Positions 21,386-31,015 are shown, numbered from the stretch's first letter. The stretch is 64,000 bases of DNA from an uncultured Nitrospiraceae bacterium (GCA_963846575.1 CAWJWJ010000002.1:1-64000); one strand, 5' to 3'. The notes: generated by a model from the letters alone, not told the origin. A program made the numbers and translations.

Positions 21386-22374
21386 TTGGCGGGTGATCCT
21401 TTCTTGTCGGATTGCAGCGGTTCCACGAATCCATAGTCCGCGAGGGTGCGTTTTGCTCGATCAGCCGAGGATGAGGCCACAGGAGACTCGAGTCCATTGA
21501 CCTCGGCGGCATTCGAGTCCTGATAGGGGACGAGAATTAAGTGGTTTGCGCGGTCAATGCCCAGATCCGTGGGAGAGGGGAGGTATTCCGCGATCACCTG
21601 AAACTTCTTGTTGGGACCCATCCGCCAGATCTTGCCTTTCGTCGCATCCGCCACATACATGCTGCCCCAGCGATCAAAATCCACTCCGCTCAGATTTTGA
21701 AAGCGGGCGGTAAAAAACCCGTTCGAGACGAGTTCCGTGAGGGCCCCTTCGGGAGTAATCTCAAAGATTTTCCCTGAATCGTAACTCACTACGACGATAT
21801 GTCCGGTTCTGGGATGAACCGCGACGCCTGATGGTCCGGCCAAATGTTTGCCGGACACATAGGTCGTGAGGGTTTGTGAGGGTGTGAGGTCGAGCCGATA
21901 CACCGTATTGCCGAGCTGGTCCGCAAGATACAGGTGACCGTGACCATCAGCGGCCACATCTACGAGGGACTGTGCCGATCCGGCATCGGCTGGACGCGGG
22001 AGCACGATCGTGGAGAGAGGCTTGCCCGTTGTCTTGTCGAAGGCACGCAGGCTGTCGAGATCTGTGACGTACAAGACCTGGTCGACGACCGCCATCCCTT
22101 TGGGTGCATGAAGCGTCACACCGCCGCGGCCACCTTCAATGAACTTGAAGGCCGTAATGCGTCCGTCGTCGCTGAGTTTAGTGATGAATCCATTGTTGTC
22201 GCGGGCTTCGGTCTCTCCGTTGATGTTGGAGATAAAGTAGGAATTCGTCGTGGGGTCAGCGAGGAAGCTATGCGGAGATTCCAACCCGCTGACCTGAAGG
22301 GCCAGGGCGAATGAGCAGTGAAGGACCCATGCTATCGCCGTTCCCAGCGTCAGTTCGACGGTGCGACGGCCCAT
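21382..22374 (-). CDS. Exported SMP-30/gluconolactonase/NHL-like beta-propeller protein
   Basis: Signal peptide then GLESPHS, YFISNING, DNNGFI, LHAPKGM, GPSGVA blades; start taken at ATG 22374. Confidence 0.85.
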   Translation of the reverse strand: MGRRTVELTLGTAIAWVLHCSFALALQVSGLESPHSFLADPTTNSYFISNINGETEARDNNGFITKLSDDGRITAFKFIEGGRGGVTLHAPKGMAVVDQVLYVTDLDSLRAFDKTTGKPLSTIVLPRPADAGSAQSLVDVAADGHGHLYLADQLGNTVYRLDLTPSQTLTTYVSGKHLAGPSGVAVHPRTGHIVVVSYDSGKIFEITPEGALTELVSNGFFTARFQNLSGVDFDRWGSMYVADATKGKIWRMGPNKKFQVIAEYLPSPTDLGIDRANHLILVPYQDSNAAEVNGLESPVASSSADRAKRTLADYGFVEPLQSDKKGSPAK

Positions 22375-22660
22375 GGACCGTCTTGAGACCCTGTGAGGAA
22401 TGGTATCGGAAATCATGCCAGAAGGTGTCGCACAGAGGATTGTGTATCTGTATCGTAGCCAAGGGTCTCGGACACTGTCAAGGAAGCGACGACACCAGGC
22501 ATAGAAAAGGGCTTCCGCCTGGTGCAGCGAGGATGGATCCTTTCGTTCGAGCTCCTCATCAGGTGTCGGGCTCGGGAGCTCCTCGATCGTTGACTTGTTG
22601 AAAAATGGCCTGCTATGGTGCCCTGAATTTTTCGCATAATCTCTGCTCAGGGAGGACATT

Positions 22661-23521
22661 GTGGCTGCACGAATCATCGATGGAAGAGCATTGGCCCAGC
22701 AGGTCCGCGACGGGCTCGCTAAGGAGTCCGCGGCGGTGTTGGCCAAAACGGGCATGAAGCCAGGCTTGGCCACCATCTTGGTGGGAGATGACCCTGCCTC
22801 GCATCTCTATGTCAAAAGCAAACAGAAGGCGTGCGATGCGGCCGGAATATACATCGACGATTCCAAGTTGCCTGCCAACACGACTCAGGCTGATCTGCTC
22901 ACGCTCATCTCCCAGAAAAATGCCGATCCAAAGATACACGGTATCCTCGTGCAACTTCCGCTTCCCAAGCATATCGACAGCAAGGTCGTCCTCGATGCCG
23001 TGTCCGCTCAGAAGGATGCCGACGGATTCCACCCATACAATTTCGGTCGCCTGGTGGAGGGCAGCCCGATTTTTGAGGCCTGCACGCCCAAGGGGGTCAT
23101 CAAGATGATCGAATCCACCGGCCTTTCGATCGAGGGCAAACGAGCCGTGGTGCTGGGACGCAGCAACATTGTCGGGAAACCGCTGGCGCTGATGTTACTT
23201 CACCGCCATGCGACTGTGACCATTTGCCACTCGAAGACGAAAGATCTTCCGGCCGTCTGTCGTGAGGCCGAGTTGTTACTGGTGGCGATCGGGAAAGCTA
23301 GATTCGTCACCGCCGATATGGTGCGCGAAGGGGCGGTCGTGATTGATGTCGGAACGAATCGCCTGCCGGACGGGAAGGTAGTCGGTGACGTCGACTTTGA
23401 CTCGGTCAGTCAGAAAGCAGGTTGGATCAGCCCGGTTCCTGGCGGCGTGGGTCCAATGACGATCGCAATGTTGCTCGACAATACGGTGGAATCTGCTAAG
23501 AGAATGGCAGGAATGAAGTGA
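22661..23521 (+). CDS. folD: Methylene-THF dehydrogenase/cyclohydrolase
   Basis: GILVQLPLP, KDADGFHP, CTPKG, GRSNIVGKP, PVPGGVGPMT. Confidence 0.97.
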   Translation: MAARIIDGRALAQQVRDGLAKESAAVLAKTGMKPGLATILVGDDPASHLYVKSKQKACDAAGIYIDDSKLPANTTQADLLTLISQKNADPKIHGILVQLPLPKHIDSKVVLDAVSAQKDADGFHPYNFGRLVEGSPIFEACTPKGVIKMIESTGLSIEGKRAVVLGRSNIVGKPLALMLLHRHATVTICHSKTKDLPAVCREAELLLVAIGKARFVTADMVREGAVVIDVGTNRLPDGKVVGDVDFDSVSQKAGWISPVPGGVGPMTIAMLLDNTVESAKRMAGMK

Positions 23522-23588
23522 GCGCAGGCAGTCTACCGGGACAGAGGGGGGGAGAGTTGGAACGATTTGTCACGGATGGGAGCGACGC

Positions 23589-24479
23589 ATGAGCGCGGAG
23601 CCGCGACGGCTCAAGGACGTGTTGGCCCAGGGGCAATTTGCCGTCACGGTGGAATATAACCCGCCAAAGGGGACGAACCTGAGCCACGTGGTGGAGAGCG
23701 CCAAGACTTTGGTTGGCCGTGTGCATGGCGTCAACGTCACTGACAACACAGCGGCGATCGTCCGGGCGGGCTCGTTGCCGGTCTGTCGGGTGTTGTATGA
23801 GCTGGGACACGATCCGGTGATGCAGCTCACCTGTAGGGATCGCAATCGTATCGCCATGCAGTCCGATCTCATGGGCGCGCACATGTTGGGTCTCCGAAAC
23901 ATTCTCTGTTTGACCGGGGATTATCCGACGGTCGGTGACCATAAAGAAGCCAAGCCAGTCTATGATCTGGATTCTGTTCAGGTCATGCAGTTGGTGCAAG
24001 GCCTGAATCAAGGGAAGGACTATGCGGGCAATAAGCTGGATGGAGCCACCGCCTTCATGATCGGCGGTGCCGTGACTCCAGAGGCCGACCCATTGGGTCC
24101 CATGTTGGTCAAGTTCGAAGTGAAGGTGCGGGCAGGGGTGGACTTCTTCCAGACCCAAGCCATCTATCAGCCGGAACAATTCAAGACCTTCATGCAGGCC
24201 GTGCGTCCCTTTAAGGTGAAGGTGCTCGCTGGAATCCTGCTGTTGCGGAGCGCCAAGATGGCAGAATTCATGAACGCCAATATCCCCGGCGTATGCGTCC
24301 CGCAGGACATGATCGACGAAATGCGTGCCGCGGGCGACAAACGGGCTCTCGATGTCGGTGTGGAGATTGCCGTGCGAACGATCAAGGCCGTGCGCCCCTA
24401 CTGCGATGGCGTGCATATTATGGCGATCAAGGCGACCGAACGGCTCCCGGAAATCCTGACGAAAGCGGAACTCGGGTGA
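23589..24479 (+). CDS. metF: Methylene-THF reductase (MetVF-type catalytic subunit)
   Basis: VEYNPPKG, NVTDN, QLTCRDRNRIAMQSDL, LTGD, FFQTQ, GVHIM. Confidence 0.92.
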   Translation: MSAEPRRLKDVLAQGQFAVTVEYNPPKGTNLSHVVESAKTLVGRVHGVNVTDNTAAIVRAGSLPVCRVLYELGHDPVMQLTCRDRNRIAMQSDLMGAHMLGLRNILCLTGDYPTVGDHKEAKPVYDLDSVQVMQLVQGLNQGKDYAGNKLDGATAFMIGGAVTPEADPLGPMLVKFEVKVRAGVDFFQTQAIYQPEQFKTFMQAVRPFKVKVLAGILLLRSAKMAEFMNANIPGVCVPQDMIDEMRAAGDKRALDVGVEIAVRTIKAVRPYCDGVHIMAIKATERLPEILTKAELG

Positions 24480-25267
24480 TGACCGTCCCGGACTTGCAGA
24501 AGTGCAAGCGTGAAACACGGAAGATCGCTGTGGTCACGGCGTACGACGCGCTGTTCACGCGAATCATTGAACAAGCGGGGATCGACGTCATTCTCGTCGG
24601 AGATTCGTTAGGCGTGGTGGTGCAGGGCAAGGCCAATACGTTATCGGTCACGATGGAGGAGATGCTGTATCACACCAGGCTGGTGGCCGGCGCGGCCCGG
24701 CGCGCCCTGGTCATCGGAGACATGCCCTTCATGTCCTACCAGGCCGGTACGGATGACGCCTTGCGCAACGCAGGGCGGTTTCTCCAGGCGGGGGCGACTG
24801 CCGTGAAATTGGAGGGAGGCGCGGCGATGACGGATCGGGTGGAGGCCATGACGAGGATCGGCATTCCCGTCGTGGGCCATCTCGGAATGACCCCGCAATC
24901 CGTTCAGCAGTATGGCGGGTTCAAGGTGCAGGGAAAGGGAATGGACCAGGCTCAACAGCTCCTGAGCGACGCCAAAGCGCTGCAGGAATCCGGCGCGGTC
25001 GCCATTGTGCTTGAGGCCATTCCAGCCGAGTTGGCGAGATCCATGACGGAGGCGGTAGAGATCCCAACCATTGGCATCGGTGCCGGACCCTATTGCGATG
25101 GTCAAGTACTGGTATTGTACGACCTGTTAGGCCTTTTTGATGAGTTCTCACCGAAGTTTGTGAGACCCTATGCCCATCTTAAGGCCAATGCCGAGGATGC
25201 CCTTCGCCGTTATAAAGACGATGTCGAACAGGGCAAATTCCCTTCCGACGCCGAAAGTTATCACTGA
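24479..25267 (+). CDS. panB: 3-methyl-2-oxobutanoate hydroxymethyltransferase
   Basis: TAYD, LVGDSLG, DMPFMSY, VKLEGG, GHLGMTPQS, IGIGAG..DGQVLV. Confidence 0.97.
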   Translation: MTVPDLQKCKRETRKIAVVTAYDALFTRIIEQAGIDVILVGDSLGVVVQGKANTLSVTMEEMLYHTRLVAGAARRALVIGDMPFMSYQAGTDDALRNAGRFLQAGATAVKLEGGAAMTDRVEAMTRIGIPVVGHLGMTPQSVQQYGGFKVQGKGMDQAQQLLSDAKALQESGAVAIVLEAIPAELARSMTEAVEIPTIGIGAGPYCDGQVLVLYDLLGLFDEFSPKFVRPYAHLKANAEDALRRYKDDVEQGKFPSDAESYH

Positions 25268-25371
25268 TCGATGGTTCGAGCCTCTCTGCCCTCCTGATCG
25301 GGTGATGTCCCCGTCTCACTCAACTGGTCTTCTGCTGACGTGTTAGCCTGGCGCCGCTTGTCCGTTCCGGT

Positions 25372-25983
25372 TCAGACAGAGCGGTCGTCTGAGGAGCCGT
25401 CGGCAGGCTCAAGTATTATCCACACATGCGAATCTCGCTGGGCCTCCAGCCACCGCCTGAACCGGTCGGCCAAGGCGAGGGTGTCGACTCCCATGTAATG
25501 GGGGGGGACGGTCTGCAAGCGCGCCAGACCTCGTTGGACAAGCTTCTCGGCCGCATCCTGGCAGCCCATAGCCTGTTTGAGATTCGCGGCAGCCAGTTGA
25601 ATCAGAGCTTGGAAAAAGTTGCCTTCCTGGGTCGCGCGTCCATATCCGTGCCACAATCCCTCCAGGATCTCATGTGCCTCCCACCAGTAGGCGAAATTGT
25701 AGAGGTCGATCGCGAAGAGATAATCCTCCGACCCGGCCCATTCCCCATGCCGGAAGATGCGCGGCGGTGTTTCCGTGAGACCGAAGGAATGACCCTCTGG
25801 ATGGCGACGTGGATGTGGGGTTACGCCGGGAATAAATCGGTAGGGCGGAAAAACACGAGTGCTGTAGCGGGGCTGTACCGCTGGTGCAGGCGGCTCACTG
25901 CCTCCCACGATTGTCCTGACAGGTGACTTGATACACCTTACGATCTTCAAGGCAAACCGCCGTGAGTTGGCGTCCGTATACAC
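25372..25983 (-). CDS. DUF309 domain protein
   Basis: LYN..YWWEAHEILEGLW...ALIQLAAA; true start probably near GTG 25908, since the longer ORF overlaps apaH. Confidence 0.82.
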   Translation of the reverse strand: MYTDANSRRFALKIVRCIKSPVRTIVGGSEPPAPAVQPRYSTRVFPPYRFIPGVTPHPRRHPEGHSFGLTETPPRIFRHGEWAGSEDYLFAIDLYNFAYWWEAHEILEGLWHGYGRATQEGNFFQALIQLAAANLKQAMGCQDAAEKLVQRGLARLQTVPPHYMGVDTLALADRFRRWLEAQRDSHVWIILEPADGSSDDRSV

Positions 25984-26713
25984 AGCCGCTGTCTAGCGCC
26001 AGCAGATTCGGGGTCATATGAAGCCCCATGGCAGCCCAATGCCCTATGATGATGGTGGCCGTCGCATTGCGTCGGGATGGAATATTAAACCAGGGATGAA
26101 ACCCCTCGGGAGTGGATTCCGGCGGACCTGAAAAGGATGATTCCATCAACCCGGAAACCGAGCAGGCTCTCAGTCGGGTGAGCACGTTGATGATGCTTGC
26201 GAAACGAGCGGGGCCGACGAGGTTGGGCGTCCATTGCAAATGTCCACTAGGATGGAGTGCGCGTAACGTGGCGGTGAACTGATCTCCACGAAGTGCAGTT
26301 TCGGCCTCTCGTGCCAATTGATGAGCTTCGTCAACCGTCCACTGAGGCAGCAATCCGGCATGGACCAACACCACATTCCCCTCCCGGTGGAGCAGGGGGC
26401 GCTGCCTGAGCCAGGCGAGCAGTTCATCTCTATCAGGAGCTTTCAAGATCGGCGTGAGTGTATCGCTTTGACGGAGGCTGGCCACACCCTCAGCAACAGC
26501 TAGCAAGAATAGATCATGGTTACCCAGGACGGTAATGGCAGCCGGCCCCAGACTCTTGATGTATCTGAGGACCTGCAGCGATTCCGGCCCCCGATTAACC
26601 AGATCTCCCACGAACCAAAGGCGGTCTTCTGGCGGATTGAAGCGAACCAACTGGGCAAGTTGCTGCAGGGAGGTGTAACAGCCTTGGAGATCACCGATTG
26701 CATAGCTCGCCAT
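25895..26713 (-). CDS. apaH: Symmetrical bis(5'-nucleosyl)-tetraphosphatase
   Basis: YAIGDLQGC, GDLVNRGPES, LGNHD, VHAGLLPQW, GHWAA, LDSGCVYG. Confidence 0.95.
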   Translation of the reverse strand: MASYAIGDLQGCYTSLQQLAQLVRFNPPEDRLWFVGDLVNRGPESLQVLRYIKSLGPAAITVLGNHDLFLLAVAEGVASLRQSDTLTPILKAPDRDELLAWLRQRPLLHREGNVVLVHAGLLPQWTVDEAHQLAREAETALRGDQFTATLRALHPSGHLQWTPNLVGPARFASIINVLTRLRACSVSGLMESSFSGPPESTPEGFHPWFNIPSRRNATATIIIGHWAAMGLHMTPNLLALDSGCVYGRQLTAVCLEDRKVYQVTCQDNRGRQ

Positions 26714-26838
26714 AGATGCACTCAGACTAGCCTGGATGGCCTGGCTTCGCAAGCCGTGAAATGGTGTGCGAGTACCCAGGGCCTATTATGAAAAAGCCGA
26801 CGGGATGCTGTAAACGATGGGTTGAATCAGCCGGGCAG

Positions 26839-29800
26839 TCAGCGTCCTTGGCGAGCCTGCAATTCCCGGTTCATGACAGCACAGGCGGCAGTATGGACTT
26901 GGGTGAGGTCCTGTAATAAATGTTCGGTCTGATCATGCCGGCCGAGGCGTCCTAGGATCTCCAGGTCCTTGCAGCGGGCCGCTGTTGCCAGAGCGCCGAG
27001 CTGTGCACTGCTCGATTTCAGGCGGTGTGCCGCCTGGTAGAGTGTGACCGGATCGTGGCTGTGCACAGCCATCTTAATTTGTTCGACCAACCGGCAGGAA
27101 TCTTCGAGATAGCTGCCAAGGACGCGTGCAAGGATGTCGGGCCGGCCAGGACGTTGCAGGGCCTGAATCGCAGCCCAGGCATTCTTATCGACTCCGTCCG
27201 CAATGGGCTGAGCTGAAGCGAGTGCCGGAGGATTGAGGCAATCGACAGGAGTGTCTTTCCCATGACCTTCAGAAGGTGTGGTGGGTTCTTTCAATGGTAG
27301 CCACCGGGCAAGCAGGGATTTCAGTTGAGATATGCTGAAAGGTTTTGTGAGGTAGTCGTCCATCCCCGCGGCGAAACAGCGGGCACGATCGCCCTCCATT
27401 GCGTTGGCCGTGAGCGCGATGATGGGGACGTGGCGTCGGCCGGTATTCTCTGCCTCCTGACGGCGAATGATTGCCGTAGCAGTAAAGCCATCCATCTCCG
27501 GCATCTGACAATCCATGAGGATCAGGTCGAAGGTGTTCTCTGCTGCCGCTTCGACGGCTTCTCGGCCATCGCCCGCCACCGTCATGCTGCAGCCTAAAAG
27601 GTGGGCCATCCCGAGTGTCACCTCGCGATTCACGGGGTTATCCTCGGTGAGCAGAATGTGTGCCCGTAGAGCAAGAACCTCCTGTCCGGTCTGTAATTCT
27701 GCGGGAGGCATTGCTTGACTTACGCCTGTGTGAATGAGGTTCAGGCATTTCTGGAGCAGGGATCGACGAATCGGTTTTCTTAACCAGGTGTGAAAGCGGC
27801 TGTTGTGAGTCTCCGTTTGCTCTGGCAATCGATCCACCGCAGTAAGGGCGACGAGGGTGGTGCGGCGGAGCGCTGGGTCGCTCGCGATCGCATCCGCCAA
27901 TGCCAATCCATCCATGTCGGGCATGTGAATGTCCAGCAGCGCCGTATCGACGGGGATCCCCTGTTGTACGGACTGTTCCAGCAAGACCAGTGCTGTCGTA
28001 CCGGAATCAGCGACCGTGACCGTAGCCCCCCACCCGCGCAAATACGACTCTAGGATTTGACGAGTGGTGGGATGATCGTCCACGACGAGAACGTGCGTAC
28101 CGGCCAATTCTTGGCTCTCCAGGAGCGCGGTAGAGACTTCCGTTCCTCTTTCCAGGGTGAGGGTAAACCAGAAAGTCGATCCCCGTTCGGAGGAACTGGA
28201 GACGCCCACTTCGCCACCCATCAGGTGGACCAGTTGTTTGACGATCGCCAACCCCAGACCGGTACCTCCGAAGCGGCGGGTGGTACTCCCATCAGCTTGC
28301 GAGAAGGCCTCGAAGAGCCGCTCACGGGCTGATGGGACAACGCCGATTCCGGTATCAGTCACCGTGCATTTCAGTGTAACGGTGCTAGGAGTCTGAGACA
28401 GAGGAGTGACAGCCACGGTGACTTCGCCCTGTGAGGTGAACTTTATAGCATTGCTGACGAGGTTCAGAAGGATTTGACGCAATCGAACGGGATCTCCACG
28501 GGTGGAATCAGGAATCCCCTCAGCGATAAAACACGTCAGTTCCAGATGTTTTCTTGCTGCCGGCTCTGCGAGGAGTTCAATAGCTTCTTCGAAAGCGTAC
28601 CGGAGGCTGAACTCAATTTTCTCTAATTCCAGCTTGCCAGCCTCCACTTTAGAAAAGTCGAGAATGTCGTTAATGATGTCGAGCAATGCCGATCCGGAAC
28701 TACGGACGGTTTGGGCCAGCGACTGCTGCTTGGGGGTGAGGTTTGTGGAAAGCAGCAGCTCTGCCATGCCGAGGACGCCATTCATCGGCGTACGAATCTC
28801 GTGGCTCATGTTTGCCAGAAATTGACTTTTTGCGATAGTCGCGGCCTCCGCCGTTTCTTTGGCATGCCGTAGTTCGTGCTCGGCGAGTTTTCTTTCCGAG
28901 ATATCCCTGATAAATCCGCTGAAGGTCGTGCCCGATGTCAGTCTAAGAGGTGTAATGGCAAGTTCAACGGGAAATTCCGTTCCATCTTGACGCAGCGCGG
29001 CTATCTCCAGCCGCTTTCCAATTGCTTTGCCTTGACCGGTCGCCAGATAGTGCTGCAGCCCCTTTTCATGTGCCTCTCGATAGGCGGTGGGAACGATGGT
29101 TTCCGATAGTTTCTGGCCTAGAATCTCCTGCCGTGTCCATCCAAAAATTTGCTCGGCCTGTGGGTTCCAATCAATGATTCGGCCGTGGTCATCCATCACG
29201 ACGATCGCATCCAACGCATGATCTACTATGGACCTCGTTCGTTCCTCGCTGTCGCGAAGTCCTCGCGTGAGAGGCGCACTGATGTGACGGTTGATGAGCC
29301 ATCCAATAATGAAAATCGTACTGAGCAGCCCCAGTCCCAGCATCCCGAGTAAATAGGTCCGTTCCTGAAGGACTGAGGTGGCTGCTCGTTCGATGTGTCG
29401 ACGCTCCGCATCCGCGAGTGCATCCAGGGCAAGAATTTCCTGACGATGTTGCTCAAAATAACGAGTAAGGGGGCCAGCTACCAAAGTGGTCATAGCTGCT
29501 CTATCGCCTCGTTCTGCGGCCGGCAGAAACTCCTCATTCCATACGTCGTAGAATCGTCGTGCCCACAGACCTGAGGCATTGATCAGTTTGTCGTGGAGCG
29601 GTCCCGGCGGAAGGCGTTTATGCCATTCATTCTCTTTTAAGATGTATTCTTGTTGGAGACGCTGGAATCGTTCGATGAGCACTGGCGATTGGGCAGGAGG
29701 AACTACGAGCAGTTCCAACGTGGCGAGATAGGATTCAACAATGTAGAGAGGAGGAGGAAGCGTATCAACGACGAGATCTTTGCTGGCTACAATTTTGACA

Positions 29801-30000
29801 TACAGCGGGCCATGAATCTGTATGGTGGTGACCGTATCGCGCACCATGAGAGTAAATGCTCCGGTGGCCAGGATCGCGACGCCGATCAGAAGGCCGAGCC
29901 GAAGTTTGATCGATTCGGGCTGCTTCGTAGGAAAGGTCGACTGTGCTGGATTCACACGCTCTCCAGGTAGCACGATCTGGGTAGCCAGGAATATGGCCAT
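26839..30000 (-). CDS. Membrane hybrid histidine kinase (periplasmic helical sensor-PAS-HisKA-HATPase-REC-REC-Hpt)
   Basis: Two TM helices flanking GPLY..IV..KDL..D.LPPP.YI.ESYL; PAS; H-box; two receivers; [13 protein letters not shown]; likely start GTG 29955 after GGAGAG. Confidence 0.95.
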   Translation of the reverse strand: MAIFLATQIVLPGERVNPAQSTFPTKQPESIKLRLGLLIGVAILATGAFTLMVRDTVTTIQIHGPLYVKIVASKDLVVDTLPPPLYIVESYLATLELLVVPPAQSPVLIERFQRLQQEYILKENEWHKRLPPGPLHDKLINASGLWARRFYDVWNEEFLPAAERGDRAAMTTLVAGPLTRYFEQHRQEILALDALADAERRHIERAATSVLQERTYLLGMLGLGLLSTIFIIGWLINRHISAPLTRGLRDSEERTRSIVDHALDAIVVMDDHGRIIDWNPQAEQIFGWTRQEILGQKLSETIVPTAYREAHEKGLQHYLATGQGKAIGKRLEIAALRQDGTEFPVELAITPLRLTSGTTFSGFIRDISERKLAEHELRHAKETAEAATIAKSQFLANMSHEIRTPMNGVLGMAELLLSTNLTPKQQSLAQTVRSSGSALLDIINDILDFSKVEAGKLELEKIEFSLRYAFEEAIELLAEPAARKHLELTCFIAEGIPDSTRGDPVRLRQILLNLVSNAIKFTSQGEVTVAVTPLSQTPSTVTLKCTVTDTGIGVVPSARERLFEAFSQADGSTTRRFGGTGLGLAIVKQLVHLMGGEVGVSSSSERGSTFWFTLTLERGTEVSTALLESQELAGTHVLVVDDHPTTRQILESYLRGWGATVTVADSGTTALVLLEQSVQQGIPVDTALLDIHMPDMDGLALADAIASDPALRRTTLVALTAVDRLPEQTETHNSRFHTWLRKPIRRSLLQKCLNLIHTGVSQAMPPAELQTGQEVLALRAHILLTEDNPVNREVTLGMAHLLGCSMTVAGDGREAVEAAAENTFDLILMDCQMPEMDGFTATAIIRRQEAENTGRRHVPIIALTANAMEGDRARCFAAGMDDYLTKPFSISQLKSLLARWLPLKEPTTPSEGHGKDTPVDCLNPPALASAQPIADGVDKNAWAAIQALQRPGRPDILARVLGSYLEDSCRLVEQIKMAVHSHDPVTLYQAAHRLKSSSAQLGALATAARCKDLEILGRLGRHDQTEHLLQDLTQVHTAACAVMNRELQARQGR

Positions 30001-30005
30001 TTTTC

Positions 30006-30033
30006 TTATCGGACGACCCTGGTTCGGTCTTTA
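30006..30033 (-). promoter_or_regulatory. Sigma-28 (FliA)-type promoter of the third hybrid kinase
   Basis: Minus strand TAAA-N16-TCCGATAA. Confidence 0.7.
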
Positions 30034-30561
30034 CCGTTCAGATTTTCGATGCAGGCTGCTAGGCCTGTTGAACTCCCTGAGGGCCATAGGCTTGAGCCAA
30101 TGGGCGCCGCGAGGGCAAGATGTGCGGATTGAAGTCGCAGAGCGCTAGTGGGGGGAGATTGAAGACAGTTCTATTGTCTGGGGACCTTGTCGTCGAATGC
30201 GAGAACGACTAGTGTGCCACACAGCGTGTGATTCAGCTGGCCTGAGCGCACGAGTCGAATAATGTCTTAGAATTGGTGAATACTCCAACGTCTCCAGGCT
30301 GGCTCGGTTCGGATCTACCTATCTCGGAAGCCGGTATGAAAATGCATGGGTTGATCAAGATACGTTGCGTTGCTGGGGTGGCCGGACTATATGAGAAGAC
30401 TACTTCTTTGGAGCATGCGTCAGTCGAGAACCTGCAGCTGTGACGATCGGAGTTTCCGAGCGGTTTGGCGTGGCCTTATCAATACGAGGCAATTGAGTTT
30501 GCAAGCATTGAGCATAAACCAAGGGTGCAACTCACGGGCGTGCGATCCGGAATTGATGCTC

Positions 30562-30993
30562 CTACCTGTAACGTGCTTCAATTTTGCTGGATAGGCCGCC
30601 CCGAGCAGTAAAGTCGCCTGTGACACGGGCCCAGACCGGACGACAGGCATGCACAATGTCCTGGAGGATGCGATTCACGGCATTCTCGTAAAAGATTCCT
30701 AAGTTTCTATAGGCGTGGATATACATTTTCAGTGCTTTAAGCTCAAGGCACCGCTTATCCGGCATGTAATGGAGTGTAATCGAGCCAAAGTCTGGCAAAT
30801 TGGTTTTTGGACAAATTGCAGTATACTCGGGAATCACGATCGTAATTTCATACCCTTTGAATTGATTCGGGAAGGTTTCAATCTCAGGCAGGGGCGTAGC
30901 AATCCCGCTTTTGGCATGCCGTTCGTTATAGCCTAGCCTGGTCGCTGATTCATTCAGCTGGCCCTTCCGTTTCCCGGTAGTCGTCACCCCCAC
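30562..30993 (-). CDS. queF: NADPH-dependent preQ0 reductase (unimodular type)
   Basis: PEYTAICPKTNLPDFG, ELKALKMY, YEN, FTARGG. Confidence 0.94.
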   Translation of the reverse strand: MGVTTTGKRKGQLNESATRLGYNERHAKSGIATPLPEIETFPNQFKGYEITIVIPEYTAICPKTNLPDFGSITLHYMPDKRCLELKALKMYIHAYRNLGIFYENAVNRILQDIVHACRPVWARVTGDFTARGGLSSKIEARYR

Positions 30994-31015
30994 ACTCCTA
31001 ACGTGCCCTGATTAT

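Noticed and set aside
22375..22776. Long N-terminal extension of the beta-propeller ORF
   Set aside because: Overlaps divergent folD; the signal peptide begins near 22374
23496..24518. 340-aa minus-strand ORF
   Set aside because: Antisense shadow of metF
25270..25296. GGTTCGAG resembling a tRNA T-loop
   Set aside because: No cloverleaf or CCA context
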